Part shown: positions 10,532 to 22,271 of the stretch, piece after piece
How positions within the stretch are numbered: position 1 is the stretch's first letter
How the letters are laid out: the number at the start of each line of letters is the position of its first letter
Assembly: GCA_002342025.1 (NCBI GenBank)
Contig: DDPD01000071.1
Location: 744-64,743 of the forward strand
Direction of reading: 5' to 3'
Source of the DNA: Moraxellaceae bacterium UBA2477
GTDB lineage: Bacteria > Pseudomonadota > Gammaproteobacteria > Pseudomonadales > Moraxellaceae
DNA length: 64,000 nucleotides
Made by a program: the position numbers and the translations under genes
Notes under the pieces: model-generated
Told to the model about the DNA's origin: nothing
The model's database searches: none
The model's input: the letters and a program-made list of their open reading frames with translations, nothing else

Positions 10532-10639
10532 TTACAGTTCAGTCGCATCATCGGAGCTTGCGCCAAGCTCATCGCTGGCATCTATATCCGCAGCAAACCA
10601 CACGTCCAAAAACTCTTCTCGTTCCATATCCATAGTCAT
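10532..10639 (-). CDS. Putative 35-aa acidic small protein
   Basis: MTMDMEREEFLDVWFAADIDASDELGASSDDATEL*; GAGAG lies just upstream, 7 nt before the second ATG; occupies the queD-nadK gap on the same strand. Confidence 0.4.
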   Translation of the reverse strand: MTMDMEREEFLDVWFAADIDASDELGASSDDATEL

Positions 10640-10723
10640 GCTCTCGTTATTTTCTCTTCGGTATGAACGAAGGAAAACAGAGAAAGATGACAATGCGATG
10701 ACGCGAGCGACGACTCAGTGCGG

Positions 10724-11317
10724 CTATTTAACTTGTAGGGTCACAGCGGGGTTGCGCTGACGCTGGCCACTCAGCAGGCGCTGCCATAAGGACGCATCCG
10801 GCCATTCGGCTTGAACTTGCTCGGAGAACACGATGCGTTCCAAGGCAATGTCACCCATGCGCGGGTTTTCTATGTCGGCGCGGAAGCATTGGGCATAGCC
10901 CGTTGCGGTTTCATGCACGATGACTGAGTTCAGACGAACGTCTTGCTCGCCATTGGCCATATCGGTCAGCGCTAAAACACGGTCTACCAGCACAAACATG
11001 ACGCGTGAGAATTGTTCTGCCGATGGCGATACGGGCAATGCAATCCAACGAGCGCTGAATTTACGGCAGGCATCGAGATATTCCGCGTCGTCTTGATCCC
11101 AGAACGCCACGGCATGGTCAAAGCTGTCGATTAGCGTACGAATATCGCCCTTCATTAAGCCAAAGTCATAGACCATTTGGCCATGATCCAGGGCGTTGGC
11201 CTCTAGCAAAATTTCGACCTGATAGCTGTGGCCGTGAATGGATCGACGACAGCGATCGCTGCTGCAATTGCGCACAATGTGGGCATTCTCGAAGCGAAAC
11301 AGCTTACGAATCAGCAT
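10724..11317 (-). CDS. queD: 6-carboxytetrahydropterin synthase (QueD/PTPS family)
   Basis: FRFENAHIVRNCSSDRC..SIHGHSY, MVYDFG, FDH, SPSAE, VHET. Confidence 0.9.
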   Translation of the reverse strand: MLIRKLFRFENAHIVRNCSSDRCRRSIHGHSYQVEILLEANALDHGQMVYDFGLMKGDIRTLIDSFDHAVAFWDQDDAEYLDACRKFSARWIALPVSPSAEQFSRVMFVLVDRVLALTDMANGEQDVRLNSVIVHETATGYAQCFRADIENPRMGDIALERIVFSEQVQAEWPDASLWQRLLSGQRQRNPAVTLQVK

Positions 11318-11515
11318 GAAGACGGGCCAGAGCGTGAGATTAGAGGGGGTCATTCTAGCAAATATCCGCTAGAAGCAGTCGCTGAACGGCGGCATTTTCG
11401 GTCGCATCTTCATAAACGCGTCGTGTAGAATCGCCACCGGACCTTTTGCCGCTGCGCCATCCCCGACCCGGGGGCCAACAGCGGTATAAACAAACGCCCT
11501 ACCAGGAGTTTTATC

Positions 11516-12502
11516 ATGAAGCAGCCCGTACGCGTGGCAGTCACCGGCGCCGCCGGCCAAATTGGTTACAGCCTGTTGTTCCGCATCGCCTCTGGCGAAA
11601 TGCTGGGCAAAGACCAGCCGGTAATTTTGCAGATGCTGGAAGTGCCATTTGAGAAAGCTCAGGCTGCTCTCAAAGGCGTCATGATGGAACTCGAAGATTG
11701 CGCATTCCCGCTGCTGGCCGGCATGGTCGGTACCGATGACCCGCGCGTTGCCTTCAAAGATGTTGACTACGCCCTGCTCGTCGGTGCTCGTCCCCGTGGC
11801 CCCGGCATGGAACGCAAGGACCTGCTGTCGGCTAACGCTGAAATCTTCACCGTGCAAGGCAAGGCGCTGAATGATGTCGCTTCGCGCAACGTGAAAGTGC
11901 TGGTGGTTGGCAACCCGGCTAACACCAACGCTTACATCGCCATGAAGTCGGCTCCTGATCTGCCCGTGAAGAACTTCACTGCCATGTTGCGTCTCGATCA
12001 CAACCGCGCCCTCTCGCAGATCGCCGGCAAGACAGGCAAGGCCGTTGCTGATATCGAGAAGATGGTCGTGTGGGGCAACCACTCGCCAACCATGTACGCC
12101 GACTATCGTTTTGCCACAATTGCTGGCGAAAGCGTCAAAGCCATGATCAACGACGAAGAATGGAACAAGAACGTGTTCCTGCCGACTGTCGGCAAGCGCG
12201 GCGCAGCTATCATTGAAGCGCGTGGTTTGTCGTCGGCTGCTTCCGCTGCTAACGCTGCCATCGATCACATGCGCGACTGGGCCCTGGGCACCAACGGCAA
12301 GTGGGTCACCATGGGCGTGCCATCCGATGGCTCCTACGGTATCCCAGAAGAAGTCATGTACGGTGTACCCGTTACCTGTGCCAACGGCGAATACACCCGC
12401 ATTGAAGGCCTGGAAGTGGATGCATTCTCGCGTGAGCGTATGGACTTCACGCTGAACGAATTGCTGGAAGAGCGTGAAGGCGTTAAGCACCTGCTGCCAT
12501 AA
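11516..12502 (+). CDS. mdh: Malate dehydrogenase
   Basis: [49 protein letters not shown]. Confidence 0.98.
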   Translation: MKQPVRVAVTGAAGQIGYSLLFRIASGEMLGKDQPVILQMLEVPFEKAQAALKGVMMELEDCAFPLLAGMVGTDDPRVAFKDVDYALLVGARPRGPGMERKDLLSANAEIFTVQGKALNDVASRNVKVLVVGNPANTNAYIAMKSAPDLPVKNFTAMLRLDHNRALSQIAGKTGKAVADIEKMVVWGNHSPTMYADYRFATIAGESVKAMINDEEWNKNVFLPTVGKRGAAIIEARGLSSAASAANAAIDHMRDWALGTNGKWVTMGVPSDGSYGIPEEVMYGVPVTCANGEYTRIEGLEVDAFSRERMDFTLNELLEEREGVKHLLP

Positions 12503-12525
12503 GGCTTCTGCTTAAAACCCACCGC

Positions 12526-12560
12526 AAAAAATAGACCCGCTTCGGCGGGTTTATTTTTTT
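12526..12560 (+). terminator. Rho-independent terminator after mdh
   Basis: ACCCGC-TTCG-GCGGGT followed by a T-rich tract. Confidence 0.9.
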
Positions 12561-12712
12561 AAAAAGCGTCAATTAATTTATCCACTTTTGCACGCAATTC
12601 GTCGGATTCATTCGAATCCGAAAAATGTTGTGTTTTCTTTTTATTGTCATTTTGAAATGTTAAGTTACAGCTCGCCAGGACGGCTCAAAATTCAATAACT
12701 CCGAGAGCCAAA

Positions 12713-14281
12713 ATGCTTAAACCAGCACTCTGTTTATTCACACTCTTTGCTTCAATTCACGCCACCGCATCAACCCCAACACCTAAGGCCGGGCCTATTC
12801 CGAACCAATACATCGTTCGTTTGAATATGGATCTTGCCAAACAACAACTGGGGCTTGTCCGCGTTGACCAAGTCGCCCAGAGCCTGCTCGGCACCCTGGG
12901 TGTCGGTAAAGTTCAGCATATCTATGAACATGCACTGAATGGCTTTTCGGTAAGCATGACGCCATTGCAAGCCAAGTTGCTTGGTGCCTTACCGATTGTT
13001 CAGGCCATTGAACCAGATCAGTGGGTAGGGATTGCAGCCACTCAAGCCAACCCACCCTATGGCTTGGACCGTATTGACCAAGTCTCGTTGCCGCTCAATA
13101 ACACATACAACTATGCTGATAGCGCGGGCCAAGGCGTACACGTTTATATTTTAGACACTGGGCTTCGCGCCACGCACAGTGATTTCATTGGTCGTGTTGG
13201 CACGGGTCGCAACTTTGCGCCGAACAGTTCAAGCCCACTTAACACCTCTACCGACCCCAATAATACAAGCGATTGTCAAGGTCACGGCACCCACGTCGCC
13301 GGAACTGCAGTGGGCACTCAGTATGGTGTGGCTAAAAAAGCCACCGTGCATGCCGTTCGCGTGCTCGGTTGTGATGGTTCCGGTTCCAACTCGGGCGTCA
13401 TTGCCGGTGTGGATTGGGTCGTTGCGAATAAGCAACTCCCCGCAGTCGCCAACATGTCTTTAGGCGGCGGTGCTTCCAGCGCGCTAGATGACGCCGTGAA
13501 ACGCGCCACGGCTGCAGGTGTGACATTTGTGGTTGCCGCAGGTAACGACAACACGAATGCCTGTAATGGCTCGCCCAATCGCGTACCAGAAGCGGTCACG
13601 GTAGGGGCCAGCACGAGAACAGACAGCCGTGCTAGCTACTCCAACTTCGGCACCTGCCTTGATTTGTTTGCGCCGGGCGATGCGACCGTGTCTGCCAGCC
13701 ATAACAGTGATAACGGCACAGCGACGCTGAGCGGGACCTCGATGGCCTCGCCACACGTGGCCGGTGCTGCTGCGCTCTTCTTGTCTGCCAATCCAACGGC
13801 AACGCCTGCGCAAGTGTCTAATGCCTTGGTGACTCAGGCGACGGCTAACAAAATCACCAGTGCTGGCACAGGCTCCGTGAACAAGCTGTTGAATGTCACG
13901 TCACTGGGCGGCCCCGTCAGCACGGTTCCAACAGATCCACCCACCACGCCAACCGAGCCATGCACCAGCTCAGGCGCTGGCAAAAACTGCACGCTGTACA
14001 CTTTTAGCGCCAGTAACGGTAGCGCAACATTGGCACCCAATAGCAATGGCTTTAGTGCCAGCGGTAACTTGAATGGTTACCTGCAATTGCCAGCAGGCAT
14101 GACAGCGACGATTACCCTGCAGCGCTTAACACGCAGCCTCTTCTCAAGTAGCTGGAGCAATGTGGCGAGCAGCAGCACGGGCACACTAAAAACCACCAAT
14201 CAATCCAGTGCAACCTATCGCTGGCGCATCGCCGTCACGGCAGGCAGTGGCACAGTGAAGTTCTACGGTCAGCCTAACTGA
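12713..14281 (+). CDS. Secreted S8 serine protease, aqualysin/proteinase K-like (signal peptide, I9 propeptide, C-terminal PPC-like domain)
   Basis: Triad motifs [13 protein letters not shown] and [11 protein letters not shown]; AAGN oxyanion motif; PT-rich linker; YRWRI..GSG tail. Confidence 0.93.
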   Translation: MLKPALCLFTLFASIHATASTPTPKAGPIPNQYIVRLNMDLAKQQLGLVRVDQVAQSLLGTLGVGKVQHIYEHALNGFSVSMTPLQAKLLGALPIVQAIEPDQWVGIAATQANPPYGLDRIDQVSLPLNNTYNYADSAGQGVHVYILDTGLRATHSDFIGRVGTGRNFAPNSSSPLNTSTDPNNTSDCQGHGTHVAGTAVGTQYGVAKKATVHAVRVLGCDGSGSNSGVIAGVDWVVANKQLPAVANMSLGGGASSALDDAVKRATAAGVTFVVAAGNDNTNACNGSPNRVPEAVTVGASTRTDSRASYSNFGTCLDLFAPGDATVSASHNSDNGTATLSGTSMASPHVAGAAALFLSANPTATPAQVSNALVTQATANKITSAGTGSVNKLLNVTSLGGPVSTVPTDPPTTPTEPCTSSGAGKNCTLYTFSASNGSATLAPNSNGFSASGNLNGYLQLPAGMTATITLQRLTRSLFSSSWSNVASSSTGTLKTTNQSSATYRWRIAVTAGSGTVKFYGQPN

Positions 14282-14299
14282 TCGCTGACCGTTTCTTGG

Positions 14300-14348
14300 G
14301 TCAACAAAAAGCCCGGTTAGCGATGCGCTAACCGGGCTTTTTGTTGAC
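14300..14348. terminator. Bidirectional terminator between the protease gene and nfuA
   Basis: Perfect inverted repeat GTCAACAAAAAGCCCGGTTAGCG-ATG-CGCTAACCGGGCTTTTTGTTGAC. Confidence 0.92.
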
Positions 14349-14352
14349 GCCA

Positions 14353-14991
14353 TTATTTGAAGTAGGCGTTTTCTTTTTTACTGTGGTCCGTGCTGTCAGT
14401 GACGCGGGCCAACTCAGGGATCTGTGCCTTCAGCGTGGTCTCAACGCCTTGCTTCAGTGTCATATCCACGGCGGAGCAGCCTTGGCAGCCGCCACCAAAT
14501 TTCAGCACAGCTGTCCAACCATGGTCTGGATCGTTGTAGCACTCCAGCAAGCTGACACTGCCATTGTGGGCGGCCAAACCTGGGTTCACTTCCGCAAATA
14601 AAACATGATTGATACGTTCTTCGATGGGGCTATCGGAAGAAATATTCGGCACCTTGGAGCGTGGCGCTTTAAAGGTGAGCTGACCACCCATGCGGTCTTT
14701 GTTGTAATCAATAACGGCATCGACCAAATACGTCACCGAGCGCGCATCCACATAGGCGGGGAAGCCCTCGTAATCGATACGCACATCTTCCGACTTTTCT
14801 TCGCCGAGCGTGCAGTATGCCATACAACATTCAGCGCGAGGCGTTCCTGGGTTCTCTACAAAGATACGCACGCCAATGCCAGCGCTATTCTGCTTAGCCA
14901 ACAATTCGCGCAAATACGCTTGAGCGGACTCAGTGATAACCATGTTGCTGGTCAGTTCACTGGTCTCTGCGTTGTTTACTGCATCACTCAT
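14353..14991 (-). CDS. nfuA: Fe/S biogenesis protein NfuA
   Basis: [14 protein letters not shown]-type domain; NifU-C domain with FGGGCQGC. Confidence 0.96.
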   Translation of the reverse strand: MSDAVNNAETSELTSNMVITESAQAYLRELLAKQNSAGIGVRIFVENPGTPRAECCMAYCTLGEEKSEDVRIDYEGFPAYVDARSVTYLVDAVIDYNKDRMGGQLTFKAPRSKVPNISSDSPIEERINHVLFAEVNPGLAAHNGSVSLLECYNDPDHGWTAVLKFGGGCQGCSAVDMTLKQGVETTLKAQIPELARVTDSTDHSKKENAYFK

Positions 14992-15107
14992 TAAGAGCCC
15001 CTTAGGCGGAATTCAAACGATAGCTGATTATAGCAGGCCTGTGGCATCTGCAAGACAGGACTCATGCTAACAGCTCTGCTACACTATCCATCCATTTTTT
15101 TGGATAG

Positions 15108-18100
15108 ATGCCACCTCTAATGTCCAAGTCATTGTTAGCCAACACCGCCGCACGAGAAGTCCGGGTCCAGCAACTTCAGCAGGCCCTGCAAGAACGCATT
15201 CTAATTATCGATGGCGCCATGGGCACCATGATTCAACGCCATAAGCTGGAAGAAGCGGACTATCGCGGTGAGCGCTTTGCCGATTGGCCACGTGACGTGA
15301 AGGGTAACAACGATCTTTTGGTGCTGAGTAACCCCAGCATTATTGCCGGTATTCATGATGCGTATTGCGCCGCCGGCGCCGATATTCTGGAAACCAACTC
15401 CTTTAATGGCACGCAAGTGTCCATGGCTGACTATGGCATGGAGTCTCTGGTTACTGAGCTCAACCGCGAGGCTGCAGCCCTCGCCCGGCGTGTGGCCGAT
15501 GAATGGACAGCACGCGAGCCGCATAAGCCGCGTTTTGTAGCTGGGGTTCTTGGCCCAACCTCGCGCACCTGCTCTATTTCTCCGGATGTGAATAACCCTG
15601 CCTTCCGCAACGTCAGCTTTGATGAGCTAGTGGTGAACTATCGCGAGGCCACCTTTGCGCTCATCGATGGCGGCGCAGACATCATTTTGATTGAAACCGT
15701 CTTTGATACGCTCAACGCCAAAGCCGCTATTTTTGCTGTGCAGGATGTGTTTGAAGAGATTAGATTCACCCTGCCCATCATGATCTCCGGCACGATTACC
15801 GATGCTTCTGGCCGAACCTTATCGGGTCAAACCGCAGAAGCCTTCTGGAACTCAGTGCGTCATGCCAAGCCAATTTCGATTGGTTTTAACTGTGCGCTTG
15901 GCGGCAAAGAGTTACGCCCGTACGTGCAAGAGCTGGCCAACAAGGCAGATACCTTTGTTAGCGCCCACCCCAATGCGGGCCTGCCGAATGCTTTTGGCGA
16001 ATACGACGAGACCGCCGAAGAAACCGCCGCCATCATTGAAGAGTTTGCTGCGAGCGGCTTTCTCAATATCGTGGGGGGGTGCTGCGGCACCACGCCAGAG
16101 CATATCAAAGCCATCGCCAAAGCCGTTGCTAAGTATCCCCGCCGCGTAGTGCCGAGCTTCACACCGGCCTGCAAGCTCTCCGGGCTAGAGCCTTTTACGA
16201 TCGACGAAAGCAGCCTATTCGTAAACGTCGGCGAGCGCACCAATGTCACCGGCTCGAAGAAGTTCGCCCGTCTGATCCGCGAAGAGAACTATCAGGAAGC
16301 GCTGGCGATTGCCCGCGAGCAGGTCGAGGCAGGCGCACAGATCATCGACATCAACATGGACGAAGGCATGCTCGACTCCGAGCGCGCCATGGTCACCTTC
16401 CTCAACATGGTCGCCACCGAGCCAGACATCTGCCGCGTGCCGATCATGGTCGACTCGTCGAAATGGGAAATCATTGAAGCAGGTCTAAAGTGCATCCAGG
16501 GCAAGTCGGTGGTGAACTCGATCTCGATGAAGGAAGGTATTCCCGAGTTCGTCGCCCGCGCCAAGCTGTGTATGCGCTACGGTGCAGCGGTCATCGTCAT
16601 GGCATTCGACGAGCAGGGCCAGGCCGACACCGAGGCGCGCAAGAACGAGATCTGCAAGCGCTCCTACGACATTCTGGTGAATGAAGTCGGCTTCCCGCCG
16701 GAAGACATCATCTTCGACCCGAATGTGTTCGCGGTCGCCACTGGCATTGAAGAGCACAACAACTACGCTGTCGACTTCATCAATTCTTGCGCCTTCATCA
16801 AGCGCGAACTGCCCTACGCGAAGATCTCCGGCGGCATTTCCAATGTGTCGTTTTCGTTCCGTGGCAACGAGCCGGTGCGCGAGGCTATCCACTCGGTCTT
16901 CCTCTACTACGCGATTCGCAACGGCCTGACGATGGGCATCGTCAACGCCGGTCAGCTTGCTATCTATGAAGATATTCCGGCTGAGTTGAAAGCGCGTGTT
17001 GAAGACGTGGTACTAAACCTTCGCGATGACGGCACCGAGCGCCTACTGGAAATCGCCGAGCAGTTCCGTGGCGATGGCAGCAAGGCCGTGGTGGAAGATG
17101 CCGCATGGCGCAGCCTGCCAGTAGGCAAGCGCCTCGAACACGCGCTGGTGAAAGGCATCACTACCTTTATTGTTGAAGATACGGAAGAGGCCCGGCTGTC
17201 GGTAGCGCGCCCGATTCATGTCATTGAAGGCCCGCTCATGGATGGCATGAACGTAGTCGGCGACCTCTTCGGTGCTGGCAAGATGTTCCTGCCGCAGGTG
17301 GTTAAATCAGCCCGAGTCATGAAGCAGGCCGTTGCTCACCTGATCCCCTTTATTGAAGAGGAAAAAAACGGCGTCGTAGAGGCCAAAGGCAAAGTGCTTA
17401 TGGCCACGGTCAAAGGTGACGTGCATGACATCGGCAAGAACATTGTGGGTGTGGTGCTTGGTTGCAACGGCTACGACATTGTCGATCTCGGGGTCATGGT
17501 GTCTTGCGAGAAAATCCTGCAAGTCGCCCGCGACGAGAAGGTCGACATTATTGGCTTGTCCGGTCTCATCACGCCGTCACTGGACGAGATGGTGCATGTT
17601 GCGCGCGAAATGCAACGCCAAGGCTTTACGATTCCGCTCATGATCGGTGGCGCGACAACGTCGAAAGCGCACACCGCCGTGAAGATTGACCCGCAATACA
17701 AAAACGATGCCGTGATTTATGTCGCAGACGCCTCTCGCGCTGTGGGTGTTGTCACCACGCTACTCAGCAAGGACATGAAGCCAGCGTACATTGCTGAGCG
17801 CCGAACGGAGTACGCGGAGGTACGCGAGCGCATCAACAACCGCCAACCCCGTGGCGAGCGCGTACCTTATGCTCAGGCAGTTTCCCAAGGCTTAGCTACC
17901 GATTGGACGAATGCGAACCCCGTTGCTCCCAACACACCCGGCATCACGGTATTTGACCACTACCCGCTTGAGGAACTGGTGTCGTACTTTGACTGGACAC
18001 CTTTCTTTATTTCCTGGGACCTGCACGGCAAGTACCCCAAAATTTTGCACGATGAAGTCGTTGGCGAAGCAGCACGCAGCCTCTTTGCCGATGCACAGAA

Positions 18101-18848
18101 TATGTTGCAAGAGCTCATCGCCAATAAAACACTGCGGGCTCGCGGCGTGATTGGGTTGTGGCCAGCTAACCGCACCGGCAGTGACGACATTCAACTGTGG
18201 CAGGATGCCGACCGAACGGATGTGCTCGGACAGATTCATTGCTTGCGTCAGCAGAGCGAAAAAGTCAGTGGCAAGCCCAACTACTCCTTAGCTGACTTCG
18301 TCGCACCACTCGACAGTGGCATTGCCGATTATGTGGGCGGGTTTGCGGTGTCGGTTCACGGAGCCGATGAGTTAGCGGAACAGTATGAACGCGCCGGCGA
18401 TATGTATAACGGCATTCTGGTGAAAGCCTTGGCCGATCGCTTTGCAGAAGCGCTGGCTGAGTGCTTGCACCGTCGTGTCCGTAAGGAGTTCTGGGGTTAT
18501 GCGCCGGATGAGACCCTAGATAACGCCGATCTCATCGCCGAAAAATATGTGGGTATTCGCCCCGCGCCGGGTTACCCCGCTTGCCCGGAGCACAGTGAAA
18601 AAGCTGAGCTGTTCCGCTGGCTAGATGCACCGAAAAATGCCGGCATGCAGCTTACCGAGCATTTCGCCATGCTGCCCGCCTCGGCTGTCTCTGGTTGGTA
18701 TTTTGCCCACCCACAAGCCACCTACTTTAACGTGGGCAAAATCGACCGTGATCAGGTTGAAAACTACGCGGCTCGCAAGGGTTGGGACATGGCGACCGCT
18801 GAACGTTGGCTATCGCCAAATTTGGGGTATGATCCGGACAGAAATTAA
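15108..18848 (+). CDS. metH: Cobalamin-dependent methionine synthase
   Basis: [33 protein letters not shown] (B12 His), [10 protein letters not shown]; alternative start at 15120. Confidence 0.98.
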   Translation: MPPLMSKSLLANTAAREVRVQQLQQALQERILIIDGAMGTMIQRHKLEEADYRGERFADWPRDVKGNNDLLVLSNPSIIAGIHDAYCAAGADILETNSFNGTQVSMADYGMESLVTELNREAAALARRVADEWTAREPHKPRFVAGVLGPTSRTCSISPDVNNPAFRNVSFDELVVNYREATFALIDGGADIILIETVFDTLNAKAAIFAVQDVFEEIRFTLPIMISGTITDASGRTLSGQTAEAFWNSVRHAKPISIGFNCALGGKELRPYVQELANKADTFVSAHPNAGLPNAFGEYDETAEETAAIIEEFAASGFLNIVGGCCGTTPEHIKAIAKAVAKYPRRVVPSFTPACKLSGLEPFTIDESSLFVNVGERTNVTGSKKFARLIREENYQEALAIAREQVEAGAQIIDINMDEGMLDSERAMVTFLNMVATEPDICRVPIMVDSSKWEIIEAGLKCIQGKSVVNSISMKEGIPEFVARAKLCMRYGAAVIVMAFDEQGQADTEARKNEICKRSYDILVNEVGFPPEDIIFDPNVFAVATGIEEHNNYAVDFINSCAFIKRELPYAKISGGISNVSFSFRGNEPVREAIHSVFLYYAIRNGLTMGIVNAGQLAIYEDIPAELKARVEDVVLNLRDDGTERLLEIAEQFRGDGSKAVVEDAAWRSLPVGKRLEHALVKGITTFIVEDTEEARLSVARPIHVIEGPLMDGMNVVGDLFGAGKMFLPQVVKSARVMKQAVAHLIPFIEEEKNGVVEAKGKVLMATVKGDVHDIGKNIVGVVLGCNGYDIVDLGVMVSCEKILQVARDEKVDIIGLSGLITPSLDEMVHVAREMQRQGFTIPLMIGGATTSKAHTAVKIDPQYKNDAVIYVADASRAVGVVTTLLSKDMKPAYIAERRTEYAEVRERINNRQPRGERVPYAQAVSQGLATDWTNANPVAPNTPGITVFDHYPLEELVSYFDWTPFFISWDLHGKYPKILHDEVVGEAARSLFADAQNMLQELIANKTLRARGVIGLWPANRTGSDDIQLWQDADRTDVLGQIHCLRQQSEKVSGKPNYSLADFVAPLDSGIADYVGGFAVSVHGADELAEQYERAGDMYNGILVKALADRFAEALAECLHRRVRKEFWGYAPDETLDNADLIAEKYVGIRPAPGYPACPEHSEKAELFRWLDAPKNAGMQLTEHFAMLPASAVSGWYFAHPQATYFNVGKIDRDQVENYAARKGWDMATAERWLSPNLGYDPDRN

Positions 18849-18912
18849 CCACCCGGCGCGACTCTGTCGTGACCGGCCGCCAGTAAGAGCGGGTCATCAG
18901 ACGGAGTTTCGC

Positions 18913-19152
18913 GTGCAAAAGGGTTATAGCCATCCGCTGCCGCCAGGCGGCCCCAAAGAGAAGCCACGTTGGCGTCAAGCCATCAGTCGCTTCCTGCGCT
19001 CAGGCTTTAACGTCGCTGGTTTGAAGCACGTGGATTTAGATGAAAACGCTGAGAGCGCCGAAATTTTCGTGCTCTCAGGCATTTTTCTAGCCGGCATTAT
19101 TGTCGGGGTGATTTGGATCTTACTGCAGGACTATTTCGAGCCAACGCTTTAG
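18913..19152 (+). CDS. Small hypothetical protein with a C-terminal TM helix
   Basis: GGAG upstream of GTG at 18913; hydrophobic IFVLSGIFLAGIIVGVIWILL; fills the metH-sohB gap. Confidence 0.6.
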   Translation: MQKGYSHPLPPGGPKEKPRWRQAISRFLRSGFNVAGLKHVDLDENAESAEIFVLSGIFLAGIIVGVIWILLQDYFEPTL

Positions 19153-19169
19153 GTCAGCTCGAACACCCC

Positions 19170-20228
19170 TTAATGCCAGCGCGCTTGAGTGGCGCGCTGC
19201 CACCAACGCGTTAGCACGCGATCCGCGCTCTCCTCAGCAGCCAATCCCATTTTCTGCGCCAAGGTCTTGCGCTGACGCCAATGCAAGGCAAATAGGTCTG
19301 CCGAATTCGCCCGTTGGCGCAAATAGTCATCACTGGTTTGCAGCGCATCGACTAAGTTCAACGCGATGGCTTGCGTGGCAAACCAATGCTCCCCTGTGGC
19401 CACGACTTCAATTTCCACTTGCGGACGCCATTGCTGCACAAATTGCTTAAACAACTGATGGGTTTCATCAATATCATTCTGAAACTTTGCACGCCCAGCG
19501 TCGGTATTTTCGCCCAGCAAGGTCAACGTGCGTTTATATTCACCGGCGGTCATTAACTCAACGTCAATATCGTTTTTCTTGAGCAGGCGATGAAAGTTAG
19601 GAATTTGCGCCACCACCCCAATGGAGCCCACGATGGCAAAGGGAGCGGCCAGAAGGCGATTAGCCAGACAAGCCATCATGTAGCCGCCACTGGCCGCCAC
19701 TTTATCGACACAAATGGTCAACGACACTCCCGCATCACGAATGCGCGCTAGCTGAGAAGCCGCTAGACCATAGCCGTGAACGACCCCGCCCGGGCTTTCC
19801 AACAACAGCACCACTTCATCGCGACCAGCGACTGCCACGGCGAGCAGAGCCGACACTTCCTGACGCAAATGCGCGACGGCTGAGGCCGCCATATCGCCGG
19901 AAAATTGCAGCACAAACACCCGTGCACGAAGTTGGGTGGCATCCGAAGGCTGGGCAGCTGCGGCTTTTAATGCCGCTTTTTCCGCTTTCGCTTTCGCTTT
20001 GCGCTGCTTGCGCTCGACCTTCCAAGCGGCATCATCCCATACCAATGTACGCAAACCATCGGCTTCCGCTTGGTAGCGATCGTTCAGCGCCTCAACATCA
20101 AGGTAGCCGGTTTGCAGGCCCTCACCTTCTTGCTTTGAACGTGAAATCAACCGCAGCAAAATCGCCAGCAGAATCACACCGGTCACGCCTTTTGCCAAAA
20201 ATAATCCGTACGCGGACAACCACTCCAT
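19170..20228 (-). CDS. sohB: Inner-membrane S49 peptidase SohB
   Basis: LESPGGVVHGYGLAASQL, DKVAASGGYMMAC, TAGEYKRTLT. Confidence 0.96.
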   Translation of the reverse strand: MEWLSAYGLFLAKGVTGVILLAILLRLISRSKQEGEGLQTGYLDVEALNDRYQAEADGLRTLVWDDAAWKVERKQRKAKAKAEKAALKAAAAQPSDATQLRARVFVLQFSGDMAASAVAHLRQEVSALLAVAVAGRDEVVLLLESPGGVVHGYGLAASQLARIRDAGVSLTICVDKVAASGGYMMACLANRLLAAPFAIVGSIGVVAQIPNFHRLLKKNDIDVELMTAGEYKRTLTLLGENTDAGRAKFQNDIDETHQLFKQFVQQWRPQVEIEVVATGEHWFATQAIALNLVDALQTSDDYLRQRANSADLFALHWRQRKTLAQKMGLAAEESADRVLTRWWQRATQARWH

Positions 20229-20234
20229 TAAAAA

Positions 20235-21086
20235 TTACTCACTGATAAGTTGCTGATGAAATGCCTGACGCTCGCGAACCACTTGATCGATGAGCAAGCG
20301 CGCAATGCTGCCTGTAGGGGGAACAAAGGGTAATTGATCAAAACGATAAAAGCTGGCCTCGGCAATTTCATCATCCTGCAGCTTGATCTCGCCGCCCGCA
20401 AAGTCGGCAATAAAGCCGAGCATGAGATTGCTAGGAAATGGCCAGGGCTGACTGGTCACATAGCGAATATTCGTGACCTCAACGCCCACTTCTTCGCGCA
20501 CCTCACGGACCAGAGTTTCTTCGGCGGACTCGCCCGCTTCCATAAAGCCAGCGAGCGCGCTGAACATGCCATTGGTGAAGCGATGTGCGCGCGCTAAGAG
20601 CAACTCATCGCCCTTCACAATAACGACGATGACACAGGGATTAATTCGCGGATAACAACTGTGGCCGCAGCTAGGACAAACCCGTGCGCGCTCATTCAAT
20701 TCATGCCGTTGCATGCCAGAGCCGCATTGGCCGCAGTAACGATGTGTTTTAGACCATTCCAGAATTTGCGCTGCGCGACCGGCCAACTGAAAGATATGCG
20801 TGTCTGGTGCAATTACTAACTGACGAAGCGGCACTAAATCATAGTCTTCGGGCAACACTGCACTGAGGCTGCTATCGAGCTGAACCGTAAAACAAGGCTG
20901 TGAATTAATCTCGCCAAGGTAGTGCCACTCCGCATCTATGGAGGTGGCGGAAATCACGTGGATGTACTGTGGCCATGTGAACGTCTTCACGTCGATCAGC
21001 AGTTCGTTGCCTCTGAAAGCAATGACAGAGGCCTCATAGGGAATGTGGCCGGTAAAGTGATGGCCTGGTATAAATTCTTTACTCAC
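20235..21086 (-). CDS. nudC: NAD(H) diphosphatase / NAD-cap decapping enzyme NudC
   Basis: Zinc ribbon CGQCG..CPSC, YPRINP, Nudix box GFMEAGES..REVREEVG, SQPWPFP. Confidence 0.95.
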   Translation of the reverse strand: MSKEFIPGHHFTGHIPYEASVIAFRGNELLIDVKTFTWPQYIHVISATSIDAEWHYLGEINSQPCFTVQLDSSLSAVLPEDYDLVPLRQLVIAPDTHIFQLAGRAAQILEWSKTHRYCGQCGSGMQRHELNERARVCPSCGHSCYPRINPCVIVVIVKGDELLLARAHRFTNGMFSALAGFMEAGESAEETLVREVREEVGVEVTNIRYVTSQPWPFPSNLMLGFIADFAGGEIKLQDDEIAEASFYRFDQLPFVPPTGSIARLLIDQVVRERQAFHQQLISE

Positions 21087-21820
21087 GCATCGGCCTCAGT
21101 CTGGGTTAGTTCAAGCTGCCGAAATAAGCTGTTGGCATTGATCGCTTTATCGAGAACCGCCACACGCTGCAGATGGGCGTGCATTTCTTCCGCGCTGGCT
21201 TTAATTACCGGCAAGCGAGGACGCTGGGGCGATAATCGCCGAACGGTCTCACCGCCACTTTCCCCAGACTCATTCGAATCTTCTTCATGCCCCAAGGACA
21301 GCCCAACTTGGCCGCCGGTCATGGCTAAATAAACTTCTGCCAGAATCTCAGCGTCCAACAAGGCGCCATGATAGGTTCGGTCGCGTTGATCTGCGAAATA
21401 ACGGCGAGCCAAGGCATCGAGATTATTCTTCTGACCCGGATGCTTAGCCCGTGCCATCGGCAACGTATCTAGCACCGTGCATTTTTCTTCAATGCGCGGC
21501 ATGTTCAGTCGCGCCAGCTCGGCATTTAGAAAGCCGACATCGAAGCTCGCGTTGTGGATAACTAATTCGGCGCCATCAACGAAGGCTAGGAACGCCTCTG
21601 CGATATCGGCAAAGCGAGGCATGTCGCGCAAAAATTCATTGGTAATGCCATGCACCGCCATAGCCCCGGCATCTACTTCCCGGTCTGGCTGTAAATAGTG
21701 ATGAAAGCTGCGCTTGGTGAGACGACGGTTAATCATCTCCAAGCAGCCCACTTCAATGATCCGATGCCCCAGCGCGGGGTCTAAGCCGGTGGTTTCGGTA
21801 TCGAGAATAATCTGTCTCAT
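21083..21820 (-). CDS. dnaQ: DNA polymerase III epsilon subunit
   Basis: [29 protein letters not shown]. Confidence 0.97.
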   Translation of the reverse strand: MRQIILDTETTGLDPALGHRIIEVGCLEMINRRLTKRSFHHYLQPDREVDAGAMAVHGITNEFLRDMPRFADIAEAFLAFVDGAELVIHNASFDVGFLNAELARLNMPRIEEKCTVLDTLPMARAKHPGQKNNLDALARRYFADQRDRTYHGALLDAEILAEVYLAMTGGQVGLSLGHEEDSNESGESGGETVRRLSPQRPRLPVIKASAEEMHAHLQRVAVLDKAINANSLFRQLELTQTEADA

Positions 21821-22263
21821 GCTGCCTTCAAGCCTCGGTCTATGGCCTCATTCGCTAACTGGTCTGCGGCCTCGTTGCCCGGATCACCCGCATGGCCCTT
21901 CACCCAGCGCCAATCAATGTGGTGACGCTGAGATTCGGCATCGAGCGCCTGCCAAATATCCGCATTTTTCACCGGCGCCTTAGCTGCCGTGCGCCACCCT
22001 CTGGCCTTCCAGCCTGGCAGCCACTCACTCATGCCTTTACGAAGATACTCGGAGTCTGTCCACAAAATTACCTGACAGGGCGTTTTTAAGGCGCGCAGGG
22101 CTTCCAGCGCAGCTGTCAGCTCCATGCGATTATTTGTGGTCATCGCCTCAAAGCCGGAGAGCTCTTTTCGATGTGCACCGGAGACTAATAACGCGCCCCA
22201 ACCGCCGGGGCCTGGATTGCCGCGACAGGCACCATCCGTGTGAATCACCACAGAACTCGACAT
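21817..22263 (-). CDS. rnhA: Ribonuclease HI
   Basis: [38 protein letters not shown]. Confidence 0.98.
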   Translation of the reverse strand: MSSSVVIHTDGACRGNPGPGGWGALLVSGAHRKELSGFEAMTTNNRMELTAALEALRALKTPCQVILWTDSEYLRKGMSEWLPGWKARGWRTAAKAPVKNADIWQALDAESQRHHIDWRWVKGHAGDPGNEAADQLANEAIDRGLKAA

Positions 22264-22271
22264 GTAACTTC

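Noticed and set aside
11340-11375. preQ1-riboswitch-like words (AGAGG..TTCTAGC) near queD
   Set aside because: On the wrong strand for queD and lacks the closing stem and A-rich tail; better explained by a TTCTAGC/GCTAGAA palindrome around a TAGAAT -10
11369-12490. 373-aa minus-strand ORF covering mdh
   Set aside because: Antisense shadow of a highly biased gene; no recognisable domain
14992-15107. Cobalamin or SAH riboswitch upstream of metH
   Set aside because: Spacer is only about 115 nt, shared with the nfuA promoter, and lacks the conserved cores
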